A stretch of DNA of 64,000 bases, taken from contig CAUUZZ010000001.1 of assembly GCA_963549775.1 (NCBI GenBank), positions 22,919 through 86,918 on the forward strand, read 5' to 3'. The translations under genes were made by a program, and so were the position numbers. Shown here in pieces: positions 31,383 through 39,969 of this stretch (the stretch's first letter is position 1; each line of letters opens with the position of its first letter). Source of the stretch: Streptococcus sanguinis (lineage in GTDB: Bacteria; Bacillota; Bacilli; Lactobacillales; Streptococcaceae). The notes beneath the pieces were generated by a model. The model was not told the origin of the DNA. It did not search any database and was given only the letters and a program-made list of their open reading frames with translations.

Positions 31383-33039
31383 GACTGTCTGCTCCTTTTC
31401 TATTTTTTCCTTTGACAAGATAAATCGCTATTCCAATGACAGTCAGCACAAAGATGCCTCCTGCAATAGCAATATCGTAGTCAAAATCTTCCAGACGAAT
31501 TGTCTCCTCTGTGTCAGAGTCCTCTGACTCCTCAATCTCTTCTAAAGCACTTGTACCATATTCGGCCACAACCTTATCTTCAGCAATCTTCTGAATTTCC
31601 TTGAGGCGCTTAAAGACTGAATCTGCTCGCTCCATAGAATCTTTTGTTGCTTTCAGACTGGCTTGTTCTGGCTGTTCAGACAGACTAATCTGCTCGTTGT
31701 CATGAGTAGGCTGTTCCTCCATCCATTGGCTTTCCATACGCTCAATTTCACTACGAATAGAGCCATCTTCAAATAGTTCTGGATATTTTGCGACCAAATC
31801 ATTGATGCGGCTAATAGTCCAATACCAGGAATTCTCATTATAAGCTGTACTCATTTCTTGATAAGGCTGAGAGGTATTGCTGATATTGCCATAGTAAGGG
31901 AGGTAGGGTGCATTGCGCGGACTTCCCATGGCTAGCCAAAGAATTCCTCCTCCAGTAGAGGCAGGTAAATGTTCCTTGAGCTGGAAGATGTGAGCCTCCA
32001 TGACATTTGGATTGGAGATAGGATATTTATAAACTGGATCTACCTTTGTTCTATCTGGAATCCCTTTTCCGTCTAGCTCCATCTGATCTTGCGGTTTGAA
32101 GTCTGTTCCTTCCAAGCGATTGCGCTGCAAGTTCATGGCATCACGCAGACTAAGCTTGTCGCTGGTTGAGTGCATGAGTTCAAAATATTCATCGTCATAG
32201 TTCACATCTGCATTGGGGTCCAGCGCCTTGATACCAGACCAAACCCGAGAGCGGTCAGCTTCTGCCAGCGGCGGATTATAGGATTGGGCTATATGAAAGC
32301 TGCCATTGATTTCCTTATAAGTCCCCGCATCACGCGCTGTTTTCTCAAGATCAGCTGAAAGAATCGTGTTTTCAGTATCATTTTTATCTACACTGCCTAG
32401 GAAAAATGTATTGGGAAAAACAGCGTATTTGTCATCCGGAAACTTGATGGCAGCGTATTGGTGGCCAGAAAGGATTTCCATATACCATACACCCGTCTTG
32501 TCAGCAATCGTCACGATATTGCCTTCGGCTGCACCTTTTTCTCTGACAATTTTGGCTAAGAGCTCCACTCCCTCTTTAGCTGTTTTCACATGAGGCAGGA
32601 CTACAGAAGTTAAAGCAGATTCAGCGATACCGTCCTTGACATAAGGGTCTACTTTTTGAATATCATCATTAGCACTGGCTGAGACTGTCGCAGAGATAGA
32701 AACGCCTTCCTCATTAAAACCGGCCTCATCGAAAACTCCCTGCTCTGGTGTCACATCCGGTACCGCCGTATACTTGTAGCTAACAGCTGGCAAATCAAAG
32801 CTAAAGCCATTGGTTTCATCTACGAATTGATCACCGGCCTTGTTATACTTGCGCTCCCGTACTACAAAATTCTTGTTGTGGTTGGGTTCCAGGTCCTCTG
32901 TTCGACCATAGAGAGTCGAACCATCCGTCGTCAAATCCTTCCCGATAATAAATCCGGTACAGGCTGAGACAGCCTGAAAAGGGAAGAGTGTAAGAAGCAT
33001 CAAGGCTGGAATAGCCCAACTGAAAAATTTCTTTTTCAT
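31375..33039 (-). CDS. Membrane-anchored C69-family dipeptidase
   Basis: Signal VSA|CTG; GRTED; acidic linker and C-terminal TM. Confidence 0.9.
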   Translation of the reverse strand: MKKKFFSWAIPALMLLTLFPFQAVSACTGFIIGKDLTTDGSTLYGRTEDLEPNHNKNFVVRERKYNKAGDQFVDETNGFSFDLPAVSYKYTAVPDVTPEQGVFDEAGFNEEGVSISATVSASANDDIQKVDPYVKDGIAESALTSVVLPHVKTAKEGVELLAKIVREKGAAEGNIVTIADKTGVWYMEILSGHQYAAIKFPDDKYAVFPNTFFLGSVDKNDTENTILSADLEKTARDAGTYKEINGSFHIAQSYNPPLAEADRSRVWSGIKALDPNADVNYDDEYFELMHSTSDKLSLRDAMNLQRNRLEGTDFKPQDQMELDGKGIPDRTKVDPVYKYPISNPNVMEAHIFQLKEHLPASTGGGILWLAMGSPRNAPYLPYYGNISNTSQPYQEMSTAYNENSWYWTISRINDLVAKYPELFEDGSIRSEIERMESQWMEEQPTHDNEQISLSEQPEQASLKATKDSMERADSVFKRLKEIQKIAEDKVVAEYGTSALEEIEESEDSDTEETIRLEDFDYDIAIAGGIFVLTVIGIAIYLVKGKNRKGADSHE

Positions 33040-33110
33040 CAGTTTCTCCTTTGTATATTAATTGATAAAATATTTATCGCATATTTAGTATACTATTCTC
33101 TTGCCATGGT

Positions 33111-33124
33111 TGCAAGCGTTTCCA
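33111..33124. promoter_or_regulatory. cre site
   Basis: TGCAAGCGTTTCCA upstream of the second dipeptidase. Confidence 0.72.
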
Positions 33125-33292
33125 AAATCTCTTCTACTGCCTAAAATGAATAAATTCCCCTAGGAAAAAATTACTCTAGCTCTATACCTAGCAGCCCCAC
33201 CAAGTCTCTTGTATAAATTTCCATAGATTTATATCAAGCTGTATAAAAATTTTTTTGTAAAAGAAAAAAGCCAGATAAAATCTGACTTTAAA

Positions 33293-33381
33293 GACACGTG
33301 GCTGCGGAGGCACAACCCGCAGCCGCGCAAGTGTCGCAGGAAAGAATGGATAGGAGAAAAAGAATGAACTTCTCTCCTATT
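33293..33381. repeat. Tandem hairpins (one very GC-rich) in the M13 peptidase 3' region
   Basis: GACAC-GTGGCTGCGG...CCGCAGCCGC...GTGTC and ATAGGAGA...TCTCCTAT. Confidence 0.6.
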
Positions 33382-33441
33382 ACCAAACTGGTTGTGCTTC
33401 ATAGCTTAGATTATTTTACCGTCTTCTCTAGACAAGCAATC

Positions 33442-35457
33442 TCACCATACGCTGACCCGCTTATCTGGAGCCAGATACATGGCATCACCTTCTTTGATTT
33501 CTGGATAGGTTTCATAGAAGGACTCTACATTTTTGAGTTGCTGGTTGACCCGCAGTTCGGACGGAGCATGGACATCCACCTTCAGGAGAAGTTGGTTAAA
33601 TTGCAGACTGGCCTTGCTCCTCCAGATATTGGCATAGTTTTCAAAGTAATTCTTCAAGTCTGTATCTGGATATTTCTTTTTAACGACTTCTAGAGTAGCT
33701 GAAAGTCCACCCGCATCGGCTACATTTTCTGTTACCGTAAGCTTGCCATTGACCTTGCCGCCGTAGATTTCAATACCATCCCACTGCTTGGTAACAGCTT
33801 CAATTTTCTTGTCAAAAGCTTTCTTATCTGCTTCTGTCCACCAATTGTTCAAATTCCCCTCTTCATCAAAGTTTGCACCGTTTGAGTCGAAGGCGTGAGT
33901 AATCTCGTGACCAATAACCATACCGATACCGCCGTAGTTCTTTTCCATCTCTTGTTTAACATCAAAGAATGGATTCTGCAGGATTGCGGCTGGGAAGTTG
34001 ATACTGTTATTTTCCTGTGAGTAGTAAGCGTTGATATCATAGGAAGGCATCACCCACTCGGTCTTGTCTACTGGCTCAGAGAAGTGCTCAACATCATATT
34101 GATTTTTTGCCTGACTCAAAGCAATTGCATTTTCAAAGAAGGATTTTTTATCGTCCACTTTCAAGGCCTTAGTCACTTCGCGAACTTTTTCAGGATAGCC
34201 TATATAGAGTTTCATGGTATCCAGCTTCTTGACTGCTTTCTGCTTAGTTTCTTCTGACAGCCATTCGTTTTTCAACATACGTTCCCGATAGACTTCCTTG
34301 ATATCCTTGACCATTTGGGTCACTTCTTGCTTGGCTTCCTCACCGAAATATTTGCGTCCATAGTAAAGACTGAAGACATCTGAAAAAGTTCCTGTTGTCA
34401 GATCGTATGCTGCATCTTCTTTTGAAGTTGCTTCCTTAGTACCTTGCAAGGATTTTTGGTACTCTGCAAAAATCAGCCGATAGTCATCGGTTAGAAAACT
34501 AGATGCTGATGCTGCCTGCTTCACAAGCATCCAAGATTTGAGCTTGCCAAAGTTCTTGTCGTTGACTACCTTGGCAAAATTTTCATAATATTTAGGATTA
34601 GGAACGTTGACATCACCAGCTTCCTGGCCTAGATAGTCATTGATAATATCGTGAAACTTAAAGGTATCAGAGTAGGCATTGATGTCTTCTGCCGTCTTAG
34701 GATGGTGAAGATTTTTAATTTCTGAAGCTTCTTCATTGCTTTGGGCATACTTGGCCAATTCTCCATCAAATTCTAAGGCTTCTTTGACAATCTTTTCGCT
34801 GTCTTTTTCACTGTAGCCCAGCTTTTGAAAGGCTTCTTTGAATGCTTTTTCCAGCGGATCCATCATCCTTTTCTTAGCACCTTCATCTTCATAGTAGCTC
34901 TTATCCGGCAGCATAAGACTTGGACTGGACAGATTCATTTGTTTCTGATTGGTATTTTCCATGTTAGAACTAATTTCAAGGGTAAACGGCAGTGCTAGAC
35001 CACGCTTTTCCCAGTCAACAGCCTTGCTAGCTAGATCCTTCAGGTCGGACAAGTCTTCAATTTCCTTGAGATAGGACTTGAGAGGGGCTAGGCCATCCTT
35101 TTCCCGCTGCTTGAAGTCAGTAGCCTGCTGGTAGTATTTAATAAACTCGGGCATGCCTTCAATCGTTGACTCTTCTTTACCAGAGACTAGATTTTTGACA
35201 TCTGCCTTCATCTTATCCTTGACCTGCTCGTTCAGCTCATAAAACACACCATTAGACGGCTGGTCGCTAGGGATCTCTGCCTTTTCCAGCCATTTTTTAT
35301 TGATGGCTTGATAGTAATTGGTCCTCACTGTGGCATTCTTATCGACCGGTGTCTCTTGAGGGACAAAGGTCTTATAAGCCAAGTAGCCACCGGCAGCCAA
35401 GATTAGGCCGGTCACAGTCAAAGTAGAAGTTAGAATGATTTTCGTTCTTTTCTTCAT
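33442..35457 (-). CDS. M13 (neprilysin/PepO-like) metalloendopeptidase with N-terminal signal/anchor
   Basis: INAYY, HEITH, ENVADAGG; AAGGAGG SD before MKKRTK; N-terminal hydrophobic helix. Confidence 0.93.
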   Translation of the reverse strand: MKKRTKIILTSTLTVTGLILAAGGYLAYKTFVPQETPVDKNATVRTNYYQAINKKWLEKAEIPSDQPSNGVFYELNEQVKDKMKADVKNLVSGKEESTIEGMPEFIKYYQQATDFKQREKDGLAPLKSYLKEIEDLSDLKDLASKAVDWEKRGLALPFTLEISSNMENTNQKQMNLSSPSLMLPDKSYYEDEGAKKRMMDPLEKAFKEAFQKLGYSEKDSEKIVKEALEFDGELAKYAQSNEEASEIKNLHHPKTAEDINAYSDTFKFHDIINDYLGQEAGDVNVPNPKYYENFAKVVNDKNFGKLKSWMLVKQAASASSFLTDDYRLIFAEYQKSLQGTKEATSKEDAAYDLTTGTFSDVFSLYYGRKYFGEEAKQEVTQMVKDIKEVYRERMLKNEWLSEETKQKAVKKLDTMKLYIGYPEKVREVTKALKVDDKKSFFENAIALSQAKNQYDVEHFSEPVDKTEWVMPSYDINAYYSQENNSINFPAAILQNPFFDVKQEMEKNYGGIGMVIGHEITHAFDSNGANFDEEGNLNNWWTEADKKAFDKKIEAVTKQWDGIEIYGGKVNGKLTVTENVADAGGLSATLEVVKKKYPDTDLKNYFENYANIWRSKASLQFNQLLLKVDVHAPSELRVNQQLKNVESFYETYPEIKEGDAMYLAPDKRVSVW

Positions 35458-35785
35458 GAGTTCCTCCTTATATATTAAGTAAAATATAATTGACTTTTTT
35501 ATTTTACTCATTTACTTTAACATATTCTTTTTTCCTCGTCAACAGAAAACTGAAGGTCTGGAAAAATTTGCCGCAAGAGGAGAAAATAAAGTCTTTCAGT
35601 CTGCTTTTAAAAGTGATCTGCTCTAAACTCACACTTAAAGAAAAACTAAAATTTTCTATCAGCTGTCCTGTTGCTTCCAGCTCTTTTCTCTCCCCCATGC
35701 ACTTTCTAGTATAGCCTCCAAACTTCAGATATTTCTCAAGAAATTCTAAAATATTTCTAAAGTTTTTTACTAAAATAAAAAAAAA

Positions 35786-35863
35786 CTGGGACAAAAATGC
35801 CTCAGTCTAGCTTTATTATGTTCAAAAAATATTGAGGCTGAGACATTTTAAATTGTCTCCCAG
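35786..35863. repeat. Imperfect long inverted repeat
   Basis: CTGGGACAAAAATGCCTCAGTCT ... AGGCTGAGACATTTTAAATTGTCTCCCAG. Confidence 0.55.
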
Positions 35864-35937
35864 ACCTTTTAAACCAGAACCTCAAAATAAGTGAGCCAAG
35901 CTAAATTTCCAAAAATTAACTTCTGTCCTACCACCAT

Positions 35938-36801
35938 CTACTGAATCTTTTTAGCTAGCATAGTCGCAAAGCGCAGCTGAATTCGATTGCCATTTTCATC
36001 ACGGCGATGGAGGTGCCCAGGATTTTCATTATACTTAACTAGCTCCCAGTCTTTATAATAGTCAGCAAGCTCGCCGTCCTTAAAAGCAAAAGGAAAAGGT
36101 ACGGTGCAAGGAAAGTCCTCTGTATCCATAGCGCAGACGATGAGATTATAGCCGCCAAGCGCTGTGTGCTCTTGCATATTGCGGATAATATCCGGAATCC
36201 GCTCCGCCTGCAGAAACATTAGGACAACAGTGGAAACGATCAAATCATAAGTCTGGGTCAGACTAGCTGAGTTGATATCGTAGGTACCCACTGGCAGATC
36301 TAAATCCTCCTGCTCCACAATGCTACGTAAGATCTCCAGTGCCAGCTCATTCTGATCTACAGCCGTTACGTCAAAGCCCTGCTTGGCTAGAAAGAGAGCA
36401 TTGCGACCTTGACCACAGCCTAGATCTAAAGCCCGTCCTGGCCGGACTGTTTGCATGGCTTCCAAAACCTCTGAGTGAACTGGATTGCTGCCGTATTTCT
36501 TAGGGAAATAATACTCAGGCCGACAGTAAAACTCCAAATACCACTCCAAATCATCTGTCAGGGCTTCGACCCGATGCCAAGCTTGAGGCTGAGCAAAAGG
36601 ATTGTCCTGACCAGCCTCAAAGATGTGCTCAGCCAGCTCCTCACCTTCCTCTGACATCTCAACAAACTTAAGACGTCCCTTGAGAACAGTGATTTTACCC
36701 CAAGTTCCCTCTTTGGTATTATGCTTTCTCTTTACCGCTTCTGGCATGGTCTCAGCCGTCCACAGCGGCATGCGTTTATAGGCTAGCAATTCTTTTGTCA
36801 T
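35938..36801 (-). CDS. tehB: SAM-dependent methyltransferase TehB (with DUF1971 cupin domain)
   Basis: HNTKEGTWG cupin; LDLGCGQGRN. Confidence 0.93.
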   Translation of the reverse strand: MTKELLAYKRMPLWTAETMPEAVKRKHNTKEGTWGKITVLKGRLKFVEMSEEGEELAEHIFEAGQDNPFAQPQAWHRVEALTDDLEWYLEFYCRPEYYFPKKYGSNPVHSEVLEAMQTVRPGRALDLGCGQGRNALFLAKQGFDVTAVDQNELALEILRSIVEQEDLDLPVGTYDINSASLTQTYDLIVSTVVLMFLQAERIPDIIRNMQEHTALGGYNLIVCAMDTEDFPCTVPFPFAFKDGELADYYKDWELVKYNENPGHLHRRDENGNRIQLRFATMLAKKIQ

Positions 36802-36959
36802 AAAAAATCCTTTCTCTAAAAGCCAAGCTCCGAATAATCTAACTGTCTTTATCATACTCGAAAAGCACAGACTTGACAAGTGTTAAATTGAACTGCCTTC
36901 CCTGCAAAAAGAAAGAACTGGTCCATCAGCCAATTCTTTCTCACATAGGAAGTTTACTG

Positions 36960-37175
36960 TCATTCTTCTTTTTTCTTGCTAACTTGCTTATAGCCAAAGA
37001 AGCCTAATACTGCAACCAGCAGCATATCTTTGATAGTTCAATTCAAAAAATACGAGAACATCAAGAAAAAATATATCACTGTACCCTTATAGGTCCGAGC
37101 TCAGTAACAAAAATCAAAGTGTGCTCTTTCAGATAATATACTGCCGAAGATAGAAAATAAACCGTCTACCAACAT
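36960..37175 (-). pseudogene. Decayed small membrane protein gene
   Basis: MLVDGLFSIFG...FCY*ARTYKGTVIYFFLMFSYFLN*TIKDMLLVAVLGFFGYKQVSKKKEE*; two in-frame TGA. Confidence 0.5.
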
Positions 37176-37176
37176 T

Positions 37177-38160
37177 CTAATCATTCAGATGATAAAGATT
37201 TTTGGCTTTTTCAATATCATAATATTGGTCAAACTCTTCTTTGGAACTGAACGCATGATCTTGACCATCTGTAGACAATTCTTTGGGTATCTTAGAGTCT
37301 CTATAAAGATTATAATCGTTTGGCAAAAACTTTGAATAAACCGATGCAATTCTATCAACGTTATCAAAACTATTTTCATTTGTCAAAATGACAACTTGAG
37401 AATTCTCTTTCTCTAATATGTTCCTAGCATTTTTATCTTTGCTAATAGGTGTACCTCCCATTTCCTCTGGTTTGATTGTAAAATGGAACCCAACTACATC
37501 ACTTTTTATTCCAAAGTCAGATATATTACTAAGTTTTATAGTAGAATAGGGAAACTTTATATTTTCAATAGCTTTTACTTCTTCAATTTTTCTTGTTTGG
37601 AGATTTAAAAATACTTTTTCCGTTTTTTCATGGTTTTCCAAGGGTCTAATGTAAAGCGCTAGCAAATCTTTTCCTTTGTAAGAGTAAACCGGACCAATAT
37701 CATTAGAAATATAACCTTTTTTATATTCGTCCACTGTAGCCAGTAAGTCAATTTCAGGTTCTTCTTTCAGTTTATTCCCTTCTATCTTGTAAATTGATAA
37801 AGTCCAATAGGCATCCTTCCCAACCGATTCATGAATATCCGAAGGGTGCTTTGGTAATTTCATATTATCCCTGAGAATATAGTTTTGAGATGTGGGATTG
37901 CGCCATTCAGTGAATAATTGTTTATTATACTTGCGCAATTCTGCTTCCTCTGACTGAACTACATCCCAATGTACTATCGCTCCTTTGCCATCCGCAATAA
38001 ATTGATAAGAGTCTATTTTCGCTTTTCCAGTGTAATACTGGTAGCCTGTATATTTCTCCGACAGATACCATTGATAGAGGAATAAACTTCCCCCTATCAA
38101 TCCGAGAACAGATACAAACAACAGTAATCGGTTCAACCATTTTTTATTTGTCTTTTTCAT
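37177..38160 (-). CDS. N-terminally membrane-anchored hypothetical protein (smpB-downstream array, copy 2)
   Basis: AAGGAG SD; basic N-terminus + TM helix; 327 aa; AT-rich. Confidence 0.88.
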   Translation of the reverse strand: MKKTNKKWLNRLLLFVSVLGLIGGSLFLYQWYLSEKYTGYQYYTGKAKIDSYQFIADGKGAIVHWDVVQSEEAELRKYNKQLFTEWRNPTSQNYILRDNMKLPKHPSDIHESVGKDAYWTLSIYKIEGNKLKEEPEIDLLATVDEYKKGYISNDIGPVYSYKGKDLLALYIRPLENHEKTEKVFLNLQTRKIEEVKAIENIKFPYSTIKLSNISDFGIKSDVVGFHFTIKPEEMGGTPISKDKNARNILEKENSQVVILTNENSFDNVDRIASVYSKFLPNDYNLYRDSKIPKELSTDGQDHAFSSKEEFDQYYDIEKAKNLYHLND

Positions 38161-38221
38161 CTTCTGCTCCTTAATCCAGTATATAGTTTGTCTTAAAAGA
38201 TCTGCTTTTTACAAATAAATT

Positions 38222-38302
38222 CATCCTAAAACCTCATCCTTTCCATTGTCTTGCCATGTCGCGGTTTTGTTCGCGGAGTTTGATGGATTCGCGCTTGTCG
38301 TA
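38222..38302. repeat. Decayed duplicate of the smpB 3' end plus downstream leader
   Basis: 38246-38302 matches 39526-39582 (53/57 nt); 38222-38247 matches 39421-39446 (24/26 nt). Confidence 0.93.
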
Positions 38303-38343
38303 AGAGTTATTTGTCAGTAGTTTTATCGTTTTCCCTGTAGACT

Positions 38344-39326
38344 CTAGTTTTCTTTTTTTGGATGGGTTTCAACCCACTGCTTGAAATCATTAAAAGATCG
38401 AATCTGTGTTTTCTCTCCAGTTGTTTCATCTGTGGCATAAAGTTCCATTACTTCCTGACCTTCGGGCGCAAACCAATGAATTAAATCATTAAACCATTCC
38501 TCCTCATTGTATTGCTCTGGACGGAAATAGATTTTATTCATTTCTTTCATGTTTGTTGAAATTTCTGGATATAGCTTGGAGAAGTTGGTTCCTGAAACAT
38601 CTACAGAATCATCTTTATCAAATGATTGCACTAAGTATCCTGTAACATCCTTTATACCGTACTTTAATAATTCATTGTCAATCTGTTCTCCTATTCCACC
38701 TCTACCCCAATCCATAGATTCGTATAAAGTTTCTTTTGAATAAACCTTAGTTTCCTTTTGCTCCAAAAGCTGGCTGATTTCTTTTTCAGACATCTCCTTT
38801 TCAATTTTACCTGTATCTAGTGAAAAAATAACGTATTTATTTTTTTCCGCCTTGCCTTTTTCATATGAACTCATCCAGATCGGCAAATAGTCTTTTCCAT
38901 TCCTTGTGAATGGATCATAGTACTGTGCTACCCGATAAGTATTTTCTTTCCCCATCAAATCATAAAGATTCACTTCTTTACTAGCTACATTAGACGGATT
39001 ATGTAAATCATAAATCTTTATCTTGAAATACTCCTCTTTGCCAACTTTAGGTGAGGTAGCATCGCTATCTACAAAAAGATCATAGCTTGAAAAATCTACT
39101 ATATAATTTTGACTGTATCGAAAAGATTCTCCATATCCCACATTTCTTTTGTTAGAAGCGAATACAAACTTATTATCATCAAAGACCTTTATATCTTCAA
39201 TAATATAATCGCTATCAGGTTCTCCTACATAATTTTTTTTCGCCCACCTACTAAAAAGGCGAAAAGAACTACTAAAGTTAGAAGAAGTCCTCCAAGAAAT
39301 ATGAAAATTTTTTTATTGAGTTTCAT
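38344..39326 (-). pseudogene. Paralogous membrane-anchored protein (array copy 1), frameshifted at an A8 tract
   Basis: ATG 39326 MKLNKKIFIFLGGLLLTLVVLFAFLVGGRKK hits TAG; one extra A at 39233-39240 joins it to the 265-aa ORF, giving 327 aa. Confidence 0.85.
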
Positions 39327-39501
39327 TTGCTTACCACCAGTTTTTAATTCATCTAGTCATTTATTTTGATAGTCCTTGGAGTCATTCCGCTTTTTTCATC
39401 AATCATTCACTAAAAGTGGTCATCCTCAAACCTCATCCTCTCCATTATAGCATAATTCTCAAGTCAGAGTTGAATACTAAAAAGACCGGTCGCCCAGTCT
39501 T

Positions 39502-39969
39502 TCATCTTGTATTAAAGTTCTTCATTTGTCTTGCGATGTCGCGGTTTTGCTCGCGGCGTTTGATGGACTCGCGCTTGTCGTAGTCGTGCTTCCCTTTGGC
39601 TAAGCCCAGGAGCAGCTTGGCATAGCCGTCCTTGAGATAGACCTTGAGCGGCACCAGCGTCATACCAGTTCCCTTGGTCTCCTGCTCCAGCTTTTGGATC
39701 TGCTTCTTATGCAGCAGCAGCTTTCTGCGACGTTCAGGCTCTTGGTTCCAGATATTGCCCTCTTCATAAGGCGCGATATGGACATTGCTGAGCCAGGCCT
39801 CACCGTTCTTGATTTGGGCAAAGCCGTCTTTTAGATTGATACGGGCAGCACGGACGCTCTTGATTTCCGTACCGGTCAGCACCATGCCAGCCTCGATGGT
39901 ATCTACGATGGTGTAGTCGTGTCTGGCCTTTTTATTTTGCGCGACGACCTTTCCTTCTCCCTTTGCCAT
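39502..39969 (-). CDS. smpB: SsrA-binding protein
   Basis: [23 protein letters not shown]. Confidence 0.98.
   Translation of the reverse strand: MAKGEGKVVAQNKKARHDYTIVDTIEAGMVLTGTEIKSVRAARINLKDGFAQIKNGEAWLSNVHIAPYEEGNIWNQEPERRRKLLLHKKQIQKLEQETKGTGMTLVPLKVYLKDGYAKLLLGLAKGKHDYDKRESIKRREQNRDIARQMKNFNTR

Noticed and set aside
33298..33693. 131-aa plus-strand ORF and a 57-codon minus-strand ORF over the hairpins
   Set aside because: Neither has an SD or recognisable motif; the plus-strand ORF is largely antisense to the M13 gene.
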